A DNA stretch of 64,000 nt. Origin: an uncultured Desulfospira sp. (lineage in GTDB: Bacteria; Desulfobacterota; Desulfobacteria; Desulfobacterales; Desulfobacteraceae). The DNA lies in contig OY760175.1 in NCBI GenBank assembly GCA_963663165.1, forward strand, positions 1,280,001 through 1,344,000, in the 5' to 3' direction. Numbering within the stretch: the stretch's first letter is position 1; the number at the start of each line of letters is the position of its first letter. The position numbers and the translations under genes are program-made. Positions 28,904-38,893 of this stretch are shown here, piece by piece. Under the pieces are notes generated by a model. That model was not told the DNA's origin. It saw only the letters and a program-made list of their open reading frames with translations, and did not search any database.

Positions 28904-29040
28904 GCAATCCTGAAGGCGGCCACCCCAAAGGGGATTCCCACCACTGTTAGACACAAAAGCCCGCCGAGCAGCAGCCAGAGAATCCATGAAAAAAATCCGC
29001 CGCCCAGGACAAACCAGAGAATATTGAGCAATAATGTCAT
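28903..29040 (-). pseudogene. Truncated YccF-domain membrane protein
   Basis: MTLLLNILWFVLGGG...LCLTVVGIPFGVAAFRIA (first YccF repeat) runs directly into the heptamer array. Confidence 0.75.
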
Positions 29041-29351
29041 TGGGGTTTCCTTTTACCATCTGTCTTTTTTTTCCGTTAAAAAGGACCACATGGGGTAAAA
29101 CTTTAATCACTCTGACATTGATTGGCAAGGTATACTCTTTAGGCTTTAGACCCTGGACTTCAGACTTTAGACTAAAAGGCCCTAAGACAATCTCAAGTCC
29201 CATATCCCAAACCCCAAGTCCCCCCCATGTCCCATGTCCCAAGTCTCTAACACAAATCAGTTGACAAAATCCACACAAACGAGTAATCCATTACCGTTTT
29301 GTTCTTTTATACCAGTACAATCATTAACCTATTGAACAAGGAGCAGGGAAA

Positions 29352-30392
29352 ATGAGAAAAGGAATTTGCCAAAAAGCCCGTTTGGTGTCGATCTTGGCTG
29401 TGGTTTTGTTTTTTGGTGCAGGCTGTTTATCCCCGGTGTTTGCCGACAGGCCCAAATTCGGGCACGTGGCCCCGCCCTTTCACGGCCAGGCCAAAGGTGC
29501 CGAGGCTTTTGCCGCCTATATAAAGGAAAAGACCCAAGGCAAAATCGACATGGCCACTTTTCCGGCAGGCCAGCTCGGAGGAGAACGCTCCCTTGCCGAA
29601 CAGGTTCAGGCCGGGACCCTTCAGGTGGCCACCATTACCACAGCCGTCCTTCAGAATTTCATTCCCCAGTGCGCCATCATGGACATGCCCTTTATTTTCC
29701 CCGACAGGCAAACCTTGTACGCCACACTGGACGACCAGGAGGTTCAGGACAAACTCTTTTCCCTGTTCCCTAAAAAAGGGTTCATTGCCATTGGCTGGAC
29801 GGAAAATGAAATCCGTGATTTCACCAACACCAAAAGGCCTGTCAGAACCCCTGACGATATCAAGGGCCTTAAGGTCAGGGTCATGAATTCCCCAGTCTAC
29901 CTGGATACCTTTAAACAGCTGGGGGCATCGCCTGTGGCCATCCCCTTTCCTGAAATCTACAACGCCCTTCAGACCGGCGTGATCGATGCCCAGGAAAACC
30001 CCATCATGACATCCATTCTCATGAAATTTACCGAGGTCACCAAATACGTGACAAGAACCCAGCATTGCGTAACCGAATGCGTCATTGTGGTCAGCCCGGC
30101 CTACTGGGCCACCCTGTCCAAGTCGGAACAGGAAATTTTCCGGCTGGCCGCCAAGGTATGCGTTGAAACCAACCGGAATGTGAATGCAGACCTTCACCAG
30201 GCCCTTCCCAAGTCCAATATCTCCGTTGATGAGTACGCCAAACAAAACCAGATCGAGATCATTGACCTGACGCCGGAGCAGCGGGAAAACTTCAGACAGG
30301 CCATGACACCGGTATGGGATAAGTATCGTAAAAAAATCGGGGGCGACCTGTTTGACTTTATCCTGGAAAAAATCAAATCCCACAGCCATTAA
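29352..30392 (+). CDS. dctP: TRAP transporter substrate-binding protein
   Basis: FPAGQLGGER, DIKGLKVRVM, EIYNALQTGVIDAQENP. Confidence 0.93.
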   Translation: MRKGICQKARLVSILAVVLFFGAGCLSPVFADRPKFGHVAPPFHGQAKGAEAFAAYIKEKTQGKIDMATFPAGQLGGERSLAEQVQAGTLQVATITTAVLQNFIPQCAIMDMPFIFPDRQTLYATLDDQEVQDKLFSLFPKKGFIAIGWTENEIRDFTNTKRPVRTPDDIKGLKVRVMNSPVYLDTFKQLGASPVAIPFPEIYNALQTGVIDAQENPIMTSILMKFTEVTKYVTRTQHCVTECVIVVSPAYWATLSKSEQEIFRLAAKVCVETNRNVNADLHQALPKSNISVDEYAKQNQIEIIDLTPEQRENFRQAMTPVWDKYRKKIGGDLFDFILEKIKSHSH

Positions 30393-30449
30393 TGGCACAC
30401 AGGGTTTAATTCACCCTCTTTTTTTCAACCATTACACTTTTTTTTAAAC

Positions 30450-30929
30450 ATGTTAAATAAAATTGAAAAGGCAGTCCTGGTATGGACCATACTGGGACTT
30501 GCCTTTATTGGATTCATTCAGGTCATCACCCGGTACGCCTTTAACTATTCGTTTACCTGGTATGAGGAGTTTGGCCGGTATGCCGGGGTGTTTGTGGCCT
30601 ATGCCGGGGCCTGTACCGGGGTTAAAACCGGCGGCCATTTTGCCATGGACCTTATGGTCACCCGGTTGAGACATCCCTGGAAGACCGGGGTAAAAACATT
30701 TACCGCGCTCCTTTCCGCCGCCTTTTTTGTGGTGGTGGCGTTTTACTCCTGGGAAATCGTTTTCCGCATGTACGGTTTCGGGACCACGTCTTCGACCATG
30801 CAGATTCCCATGTACATCGCCTATCTGCCCATTCCGGTTTTTTCAGGCTTTGCCGCCATCCGGTACCTGATCCAGGCCGGCACCACAGGCCGCCACTTTT
30901 TCAATTCCCCCAAAGAGGACGTCCGATGA
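30450..30929 (+). CDS. dctQ: TRAP transporter small permease
   Basis: QVITRY..SFTWYEEFGRY...H; 4 TM. Confidence 0.92.
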   Translation: MLNKIEKAVLVWTILGLAFIGFIQVITRYAFNYSFTWYEEFGRYAGVFVAYAGACTGVKTGGHFAMDLMVTRLRHPWKTGVKTFTALLSAAFFVVVAFYSWEIVFRMYGFGTTSSTMQIPMYIAYLPIPVFSGFAAIRYLIQAGTTGRHFFNSPKEDVR

Positions 30930-32203
30930 TCCTGACCATCTGCCTTTGTTTTTCTATTCTCCTGTTTTTAGGCCTTCCCATTGCCATTATCCTGGGCGTG
31001 ACCACCCTGGTCTGCCTGGTGGGCTTTACCTCGACGCCGCTGCAGATCATTACCCAGCAATTGTTCAATGCCCTGGATAAATTTGTGCTCCTGGCCATCC
31101 CGTTTTTTATCCTGGCAGGGGCCATCATGACCCGTGGGGGGATTGCCAGAAAGCTGATCAATTTTGTCAATGCCATGGTGGGCTGGTTTCCCGGGGGTCT
31201 TGCCATGGCCGGTATCCTGGCCTGCATTTTTTTTGCCGCCATTTCAGGATCTTCTCCGGCCACGGTGGTGGCCATCGGCTCCATCATGATTCCGGCCCTG
31301 GCCCGGGCCGGGTATGACCGGCGGTTTTCCTTAGGACTGATAACGGTGTCCGGATCACTTGGCATTGTAATCCCGCCGTCCATTCCCATGATCCTTTACT
31401 GCCTGGTCATGAACACGTCGGTGGCCAGGATCTTCATGGCCGGGATACTGCCCGGACTGCTCATCGGGTTCTTTTTAATGGTCTACACCTATTTCATGGC
31501 CAGAAAACACAACTGGCGCATTGAAAATAAAGCCTCCATTCGGGACCTTGCCAGAACCGCCAAAGAGGGGATCTGGGCGTTGCTGCTCCCCCTTATTGTT
31601 CTGGGGGGCATCTATTCAGGGATGTTCACCCCCACCGAGGCGGCCGCTGTCTCCGTGGTCTATGCCCTGTTTGTGGAGCTGTTCATTTACAAGGAATTCA
31701 AGTTTTCCCAGATCACGGATATCTGTCAGGAGGCGGCGGTCCTGTCTGCCTGTCTGCTGTTTATTTTATCCACGGCCATGACCTTTATCTGGCTGCTGAC
31801 GGCCCAGGAAATCCCCCAGCAGATGGCGGATATCATTATCCGCCACATCCACAGCCCCTGGGTTTTTCTTTTTACGGTCAACGTTCTGTTTCTTATCATG
31901 GGCTGTTTCATGGACGATGTCTCGGCCATGCTCATTCTGGCCCCGATTTTTCTGGAAACCTTAAACCGGTATCACATTGATCTTGTCCACTTCGGGATTA
32001 TCATGGTATTGAACATCCAGATGGGCATGTTAACCCCTCCCTTCGGGCTCAACCTGTTTGTGTCTTCAGGCATTACCAAAGCCCCGCTGGTGGAGATCGC
32101 CCGGGGCGTGCTGCCCTTTTTGGGCATCATGCTCATCTGCCTGATGCTGGTCACTTATATCCCGTGGATATCGCTGGCCCTGCCGGAACTGCTTTTGGAT
32201 TAG
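30926..32203 (+). CDS. dctM: TRAP transporter large permease
   Basis: LLAIPFFILAG, FAAISGSS, GIVIPPSIPMI, FTPTEAAA, TPPFGLNLF. Confidence 0.95.
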   Translation: MILTICLCFSILLFLGLPIAIILGVTTLVCLVGFTSTPLQIITQQLFNALDKFVLLAIPFFILAGAIMTRGGIARKLINFVNAMVGWFPGGLAMAGILACIFFAAISGSSPATVVAIGSIMIPALARAGYDRRFSLGLITVSGSLGIVIPPSIPMILYCLVMNTSVARIFMAGILPGLLIGFFLMVYTYFMARKHNWRIENKASIRDLARTAKEGIWALLLPLIVLGGIYSGMFTPTEAAAVSVVYALFVELFIYKEFKFSQITDICQEAAVLSACLLFILSTAMTFIWLLTAQEIPQQMADIIIRHIHSPWVFLFTVNVLFLIMGCFMDDVSAMLILAPIFLETLNRYHIDLVHFGIIMVLNIQMGMLTPPFGLNLFVSSGITKAPLVEIARGVLPFLGIMLICLMLVTYIPWISLALPELLLD

Positions 32204-32273
32204 TGTTTGACCCAAATACAGGTTCAGGCATCGGTTTAAAAAAACAACCCTTATTTCAAAACATAATTTGTAA

Positions 32274-34314
32274 ATGAAACATTCAAATTCCAATGATGTA
32301 TCCGGCATTTCAAGGCTGGATCTCAGACTGTGGAAAGAATACCTTTATATTGCCCAGGAATTCTGGCTTCCCCGGGAGTTAAAAAGCAGTCCCCGGTTTA
32401 TTCTATTAATCTGCCTGTTAATGGCCTTTGTGGCATCCCTTCTCTTTTTCTTTATTGCCGCTGTAACCACCGTTACCCATGCGGCCGCCCCGGATCTTAC
32501 CGGAAAGATGGCACCCGGATTAATGAACTGGGTCAACGCAATCGTCCAAAGCCCCCTGTGTTTTGTAATGGCGGCAGGCTTCCTGGTTCCGGTTCTGGTC
32601 TTTGGGTCTTATTCCAAAAAGCTGTCCGTTTTCCTGAAACCCTGGGCACTGCTCGGGATCCTGCTGCTGCTGTCCTTTACCGTCAGCGGCCTGAATGTGG
32701 TGATCAGCTATGTGGGCCGGTTTTTCCAGACGGCCCTGGCCGGCAAAGATCAGGCCACCTTCTGGCGGTTTCTGTATGTCTACGCCTCGGTATTTGTCAT
32801 CGGAACCCCCATTGTGGTCATCTACAGTTATACGCGAAAGAAGCTTGGCCTGATCTGGAGAGAATGGATCACCACAGATTTTATCCATCATTATCTGACC
32901 AACCGGGCCTACTACACCCTGACCGGCAGCAAAGACATCGACAACCCGGATCAGCGGATGGCCGAAGACTTAAAAGAATTCACCATCACCAGCCTGAACT
33001 TTCTGCTCATTATTTTAGGGGCTGTGGTGGACCTGGTCGCCTTTACCGGCATTCTCTGGTCCATATCCTGGCTTTTATCCGGGATCCTGCTGGCCTACGC
33101 CATTGTGGGAACCCTGATCACTATCTTCATTGGAAAGCGGCTGGTGGGCTTAAATTATAACCAGCTTAAAAAAGAAGCGGATTTCAGGTACGGCCTGATC
33201 CATATCCGGGACAATGCCGAATCCATCGCCTTTTATAAAGGAGAAACCGGGGAAAAGGAGCAAATCACCAAACGCTTTAAAGAAGTCCTGAAAAACTTTA
33301 ATTTTTTAATCGGATGGCAGCGGAACCTTGATTTTTTCACCACCGGCTATAATTAGTGTTTGAACGAAAAGTCACCCATCTGCTGTGTTGCAGGAAAAGT
33401 TGCAATCCTCACAACCCCATGGTTGCTCCGGTTGCAACTTTCCCTGCGCCTTGCACCTGGGCAACTTTTCGTCCAAACACGGGGTTTTCGTTCAGGCACT
33501 AATTATCTGGTCATCATTCTTCCGGCCATGATCGTGGCCCCCATGTACTTTGCCGGCAAGGTTGAATTTGGGGAAATCTCCCAGGCATCCTTTGCCTTTG
33601 GCCAGGTGTTGGGGGCCTTTTCCATTATTGTCCAGTACTTTGACAGCATCAGCGCCTTTGCCGCCGGCATCAACCGGGTATCCAGCTTTAAAGACACCGG
33701 ATTTCAGGCAGACCCTGATCCAGGACCTGTCCGTAAGCCTTGAAAAAGGGGACAGCATCCTGATCATGGGGCATTCGGGTGCCGGAAAAAGCTCACTGCT
33801 CAGGGGGATCGCAGGTCTGTGGACCTCGGGCAGCGGCACCATTGAACACCCGCCGGCAGACCGGGTCATGTTTCTTCCCCAGAAACCCTACATGGTCCTG
33901 GGCTCTTTAAGGGATCAGCTCCAATACCCGTCCGGACAGTTTCTTGACAATGACCGGATCCGGACGGTTATGGCAACGGTCAACTTAAAAGACCTGTATC
34001 TCAAACTTGAAGCCGCCGCCCCGGACGGCGCTTTTCTGGATGTGGAAAAAAACTGGGAAGAAATCCTCTCCCAAGGGGAGCAGCAGCGCCTGGCCTTTGC
34101 CAGACTGCTTATCGCCCAGCCTGAATTCGCCATCTTAGATGAGGCCACATCCGCCCTTGATGTTGACAATGAAAAAGCCCTTTACCAGCTGTTATCAAAG
34201 CTGAACACCCAGTACATCAGCGTCGGCCACAGACCGACCCTGTCCGCCTTTCACCATACCATTTTAACCCTTGAGGGAAACGGGAAATGGTCCATTCGCG
34301 GAACCATGGGCTGA
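32274..34314 (+). pseudogene. ABC transporter fused permease/ATPase (ABCD/YddA-like), disrupted by a MITE and a frameshift
   Basis: DNPDQRMAED, EADFRYGL..RDNAESIAFY, GHSGAGKSS, LSQGEQQRLAFAR and LDEATSALD are spread over three segments. Confidence 0.88.
33356..33499. mobile_element. 144-bp MITE with TAATTA target duplication
   Basis: Ends GTGTTTGAACGAAAA / TTTTCGTTCAGGCAC; TAATTA at 33350-33355 and 33500-33505. Removal restores GGC TAT AAT TAT CTG (GYNYL). Confidence 0.88.
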
Positions 34315-34362
34315 ATTCTGGTTTTTTGACGAAAAAGGATTTGGGCTTATCTTCAATATAAC

Positions 34363-34429
34363 AGACTTGGGACTTGGGGATTGCAGCATCCGCGGCCTCC
34401 CCAAGTCCCATATCCCAAGTCCCAAGTCT
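34363..34429. repeat. Family A heptamer inverted repeat element
   Basis: GACTTGG x2, core ATTGCAGCATCCGCGGCCT, then CCCAAGT/CCCATAT x4. Confidence 0.85.
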
Positions 34430-34581
34430 ATACATTACATTCAAAATCAGCAAGGTAGATCCAAATCAATGTCAGGTTTCTTTACACCCTGAAAATCCCT
34501 TTTTCGGGTGATTGAATTTCTGCGGACGGGAAATCAATTATATTTTCTATAAAATAAGCCGGTTACCTTTCTTTCACTTCA

Positions 34582-34597
34582 TGGCACGCCTGTTGCT
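34582..34597 (+). promoter_or_regulatory. Sigma54 -24/-12 promoter
   Basis: TGGCACG-CCTG-TTGCT is a consensus match, about 60 nt upstream of the CBS-ACT start. Confidence 0.75.
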
Positions 34598-34659
34598 CTA
34601 TACCTTAAGTAGAAAAGCCATACATCCAACCGTGTCATCTATAAAAAAAGGAGGTGAAT

Positions 34660-35337
34660 ATGCTGATAAAAGACTGGATGAGCAAACCTGCCGTAACCAT
34701 CGGCAAGGAAGAGTCTTTAAACAGTGCCGCAAAAATGATGCGGACCCGGGTAATCTCCATGCTGCCGGTGATGGATGCCGACCGAATCGTCGGCGTGGTC
34801 ACGGACGGGGACATTAAAAAGGCCATGCCTTCAGACGCCACGACCCTGGACCGGTTCGAAATCCGGTCTTTGCTGGATTCTGTGGCCATTAAAAAGGTGA
34901 TGTCACACCCGGTAATCACTGTTGAATTGGACTGGACTGTGGACGAAGGGGCAAGCCTCATGCTCAGGAATGCCATCAGCGCCCTGCCGGTTACAGACGC
35001 TTCCGGAAAACTGGCCGGGGTCATTACCAAAAGCGATATTTTCAGGTGTTTTGTCTCTTTCACCGGTGTGGCGGCCTCAGGACAGATTTTCTCCTTTAAA
35101 ATCCAGGACAAACCCGGCAGCATCAAACGGGTAACCGACCTGATCCGGAACAGCGGCGGACGGCTGTGCAGTATCATGACCTCATATGATGATATTGAAG
35201 AGGGATACCGCAAGGCATTTTTCCATACACTGGATATTGCTCCTGAAAAATTTGACCACATCGTGGACCAGCTGGGCCCGGCCGGAGAACTGAGCTATGC
35301 CGCCGACCTTTCAAGGGGATACCGGAAACTATTCTAA
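34660..35337 (+). CDS. CBS-pair + ACT domain protein (AcuB-like)
   Basis: MLIKDWMS, two CBS repeats, ACT motif DKPGSIKRVTDLIR. Confidence 0.9.
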   Translation: MLIKDWMSKPAVTIGKEESLNSAAKMMRTRVISMLPVMDADRIVGVVTDGDIKKAMPSDATTLDRFEIRSLLDSVAIKKVMSHPVITVELDWTVDEGASLMLRNAISALPVTDASGKLAGVITKSDIFRCFVSFTGVAASGQIFSFKIQDKPGSIKRVTDLIRNSGGRLCSIMTSYDDIEEGYRKAFFHTLDIAPEKFDHIVDQLGPAGELSYAADLSRGYRKLF

Positions 35338-35440
35338 CGGCCACGGGCCGTCTTGGTGATCCGGCCAAGAACCGCCAAAAACAAATAATGAAAGTATTTT
35401 TCAGGATGTTAGTGAAACTTTCATATAAAAGGAGAAGCGC

Positions 35441-35923
35441 ATGAAAAAGATCAAAAAAATTCTGGCCTGTGTGGACCTGTCTGAATACTCCACCATGACC
35501 CTGGAATACGCCTGTGAAATCGCCAAAGGAACTGACGCTGAAATCCTGGTCCTGAACGTCATCAACGAAAAAGATGTCTATGCCGTTGAAATGGCAGCCA
35601 GAATATACCCTGTAAACGAGGACCTTAAAACCTATGTCAAACAGATGACCGTTATCCGCAACGAAGACCTGCGCAGCCTGATAAAGGAGCGCTTTTTTGA
35701 AGAAAAATCCCGGATGACCCTGAAAATTGAAGTAGGGATCCCTTACGAGACCATCATCGAAACCGCAGAAAATGAAAATGCGGACCTGGTTGTCATGGCC
35801 AACAAAGGCCGGGGAAACCTGTCAAAGGTCTTGTTCGGCAGTGCGGCAGAAAAGGTATTCCGCCATTGTAAGGTGCCTGTCCTCAGTGTCCGGTCCAAAG
35901 ACAAATTTACCCGGAACGGTTAA
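35441..35923 (+). CDS. Universal stress protein
   Basis: KILACVDLS...ADLVVMANKGRG...FGSAAEKVFRHCKVPVLSV. Confidence 0.92.
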   Translation: MKKIKKILACVDLSEYSTMTLEYACEIAKGTDAEILVLNVINEKDVYAVEMAARIYPVNEDLKTYVKQMTVIRNEDLRSLIKERFFEEKSRMTLKIEVGIPYETIIETAENENADLVVMANKGRGNLSKVLFGSAAEKVFRHCKVPVLSVRSKDKFTRNG

Positions 35924-38292
35924 CAGGGTAGCGCATACTCCCGGGCTTCCCTCACTTGGGAAGCCTTCAGGGGAAGGCGGATAATGAAACAGGCCCCGGC
36001 ACCTGAAAAGGATTCTACGGCCATTTCGCCCCGGTGATTTTCGGTGATGATGAAATAGGACACACTCAGGCCAAGCCCGGTCCCTTCCCCTACCGGTTTG
36101 GTGGTAAAAAAGGGTTCAAAAACCCGCTTGCGAACCTTTTCGTCCATGCCGGGGCCGTTATCCTTGATCCGGATGCTGAGCATTTCAGCATCCGGGTCTG
36201 TGGTTATCCGGATTAAAATTTCCGGCTGTTTCACCCCGGCGGCCTGCATGGCCTGGGCACTGTTGGCCAGGATATTCAACAGGACCTGCTGGATTTTATT
36301 TTCCTCACAGGGAACCGGCGGCAGATGATCTTCATAATCTTTTATAATGCGGATCTTTTTAAAATCGTATTGCTGTTTTAAGTTAAAATCCGTTGCGGCA
36401 AGTTCCAGGGTTTTATCCACGATGGCGGCCATATGGTGGGTCGCCATCAGGTCCTCGCTTTTCCGGGCAAATCCCAGCATATTTTTAACGATCCTGGAAA
36501 TCCGGATTCCGGATTCTGAAATGGTATCCAGAATGGATAAAATCTGTCGTTTTTCCATAAACGCCCTGATGTCTTCCATGGGGATGCCGGCTTCCTCTGC
36601 CGCTTCAAGGTTGGCGGGTGTATGGATACGGGCTAAGCGTTTGGTCAAAAGGTCGGTGTTCTGTATAATCCCGGATAAGGGGTTGTTGATCTCATGGGCC
36701 ATGCCGGCAGCTAAGCCCCCCACGGACATCATTTTTTCAGTCTGGACCATGATCTGCTGGGCCCGCTTGTATTCGGTGATGTCACGGGCCGTGGATTGAA
36801 CCACTGTTTTATGGCCCAAGGTCATACAAAGAGAAGAAACGCTGACATATAACAATTCGCCGTCAGGGCGTTGAAGCCGCCATTCAAAATTGGCCACCCC
36901 GCCGTCTTGAAGCTTTCTGATGATGTCATAAAACTGGGCAAGGGACAGCACCTGATCGGGTTGATAGGTCGACGAAAAATCCAGAAAACTGCGCCCGAGC
37001 AGCTGGTCCTTTGACGCGACGCCAAAGATGTCCAGGACGGCCGGGTTGCAGTCCAAAAACCGGCCGTCCAGGTCGGTTAGAATAATACCGTCCCTGGATG
37101 CCTCAAACAGGCTCCGATATTTTTTTTCCCTTTCAAGGATTTCCCTTTCCGCACGCCGGGAAACCACCAGTCCATAGGTAACCCCCAAAAAGGCCATCAC
37201 CAGCAGAACAAACAGGGACGCCATACCAAAAATCATTTTTTTATGCCGGCGGTAAAAAGAATCGGGCCGGTAAAGCAGTTCCCCCTCAAGCCCGGACGGC
37301 ACAGCAATGGCGTGACGATCCAGCTGCCTGAAGTCATACTTGAGCCCGGCCTTTGTGCCATATTGCACGGGAATATCGTCCGGGGCTTTTCCGGCCAGGA
37401 TTTGCCTCACCTTCCGGGCTGCGGCCGCGCCGTGTTCATACCCTTCGGTCAAATACCCCCCCACAATGCCCAGCCCCAGGGAAAAGTCCCAGGTGCCATA
37501 AACCGGAACCGGAGAATGGGAGGCCACCATTCTGGCGGCCTGATCGTATTCAAAAAACCGGCCGCTGCGATCCCGGAAAAACAGGGTAAACAGCACAATA
37601 TCCCCGGATTTAAGCCCCTCCAGCAAATGGATCAGCTCTGTGGCCGTAACATCATAAACCAATTGAATTTCAGGCCATTGGGGTTTGGGGGGGTGGCATA
37701 AGATTTCAACCTGCTTTTGAATCCGCTTGCCCGTGGTGGTATTGTCCGTAACAACAAGTATCCGGCGGCTGTCCGGATGGATTTTGGTGATCAGATCAAA
37801 ATTGCCCGGCAAATCAATCTGTTCGTCAACACCGGTGGCATTGGTAAGGCCCTCAAGCTCTTTAGATGAAATAAAATTAACCCCGCAGAACACCAGGGGC
37901 ACCTGTCCCCAGATATCCTTTCCCCTTTCCTTAAAAAAATCAAAGGCATTGTTGTCCGACGTAATCACCGCTGCATAGGGCCGGTCCTGGTATTTTAGCT
38001 TTAACAGGTCCGTGAGCCGGTCCAGGTATCCGTCACCATAGATCCGTTTGGTATCCATGTACTCTATATGCAGCTCAATATCGGATCCTGAAAGGGTATC
38101 CTTTATCCCCCGGGCGATCTCATCGCTCCACAAAAATCCTTTGTGATAGGAATTGAGCAACACCACCTGCCGGGTTTCCCCGGGCCCTGTTTCCCCACAT
38201 GAACAAACGCAGGGCCCGGGCAGCAATAAAAGAAGCCCCAAAAATATGATCTTGAACGTGACCCCCATGGATCGCACCCCCATATGCTTCAC
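35920..38292 (-). CDS. Sensor histidine kinase (periplasmic ABC-substrate-binding-like sensor, PAS)
   Basis: LLNSYH...EYMDTKR sensor domain; PAS; H-box AGMAHEINNPL; DNGPGM, FFTTK, GTGLGL. Confidence 0.92.
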   Translation of the reverse strand: MKHMGVRSMGVTFKIIFLGLLLLLPGPCVCSCGETGPGETRQVVLLNSYHKGFLWSDEIARGIKDTLSGSDIELHIEYMDTKRIYGDGYLDRLTDLLKLKYQDRPYAAVITSDNNAFDFFKERGKDIWGQVPLVFCGVNFISSKELEGLTNATGVDEQIDLPGNFDLITKIHPDSRRILVVTDNTTTGKRIQKQVEILCHPPKPQWPEIQLVYDVTATELIHLLEGLKSGDIVLFTLFFRDRSGRFFEYDQAARMVASHSPVPVYGTWDFSLGLGIVGGYLTEGYEHGAAAARKVRQILAGKAPDDIPVQYGTKAGLKYDFRQLDRHAIAVPSGLEGELLYRPDSFYRRHKKMIFGMASLFVLLVMAFLGVTYGLVVSRRAEREILEREKKYRSLFEASRDGIILTDLDGRFLDCNPAVLDIFGVASKDQLLGRSFLDFSSTYQPDQVLSLAQFYDIIRKLQDGGVANFEWRLQRPDGELLYVSVSSLCMTLGHKTVVQSTARDITEYKRAQQIMVQTEKMMSVGGLAAGMAHEINNPLSGIIQNTDLLTKRLARIHTPANLEAAEEAGIPMEDIRAFMEKRQILSILDTISESGIRISRIVKNMLGFARKSEDLMATHHMAAIVDKTLELAATDFNLKQQYDFKKIRIIKDYEDHLPPVPCEENKIQQVLLNILANSAQAMQAAGVKQPEILIRITTDPDAEMLSIRIKDNGPGMDEKVRKRVFEPFFTTKPVGEGTGLGLSVSYFIITENHRGEMAVESFSGAGACFIIRLPLKASQVREAREYALPC

Positions 38293-38893
38293 ATCACTTC
38301 CTTATCGCAAATCCTGATCCGTCAGACTGTCTTCATCATCAACGAAATGGTTGCTGCCGCCACACACCTGATCGTGGGAACAGCCGGGAACCGTACTTTG
38401 GTTGTGCATACAATTGATCTGGATTTAATCAAATCCCCGGCCCGCTGTCAATGACTTGGCGATAGAAAATAAAACAACCGGAGGCCGGAAGGCGGAAACA
38501 GGAGACCGAATGCCGCCCCCTATGGATTCGCGACGTCCGGTTTCCCGTTTCCGGTCTTTCGGAGAATCCAAGTGGGAAATAAATTTACCACCCCTATCAC
38601 TTTTTTTTCTACTTATAACACATTTTTTTCACAATCACTAGACCGCCGGGGAATTGCCCATGGATTTAAAAAAACGTAACTCATTAGAATATTAAAGGAA
38701 ATAATTTTTATTGTTTTTTAACGGTTTTCGCCATGATTCTTGCATAACCAAGTAACCGTTGCATTTGTCCAAAGAGAATAGAATCAGATCCACTGAAGGC
38801 CGGCTCCTGCGAAAATGAAAAGCTTCAGGCTTTGACTTAAAGCCCCCTTCGCCAACAGAATGCTGAAGAAACCGGGTCCCCTAAAGGAGAACC

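Noticed and set aside
28529..29278. 249-aa minus-strand ORF and similar ORFs across repeats (21120-21411, 33360-33500, 58927-59315, 4730-5176)
   Set aside because: They are translations of heptamer, MITE or REP DNA (KQETRD, WDLG, PKSQ periodicity) or antisense to real genes.
29427..30398. Long antisense ORFs (323 aa here; also 15617-16423, 32330-33160, 46073-46705)
   Set aside because: They are shadow or alternate frames of well-supported genes in GC-rich coding DNA and have no motifs.
38729..38744. Sigma54 promoter for the giant protein (CGCCATGATTCTTGCA)
   Set aside because: The invariant GG at -24 is GC here.
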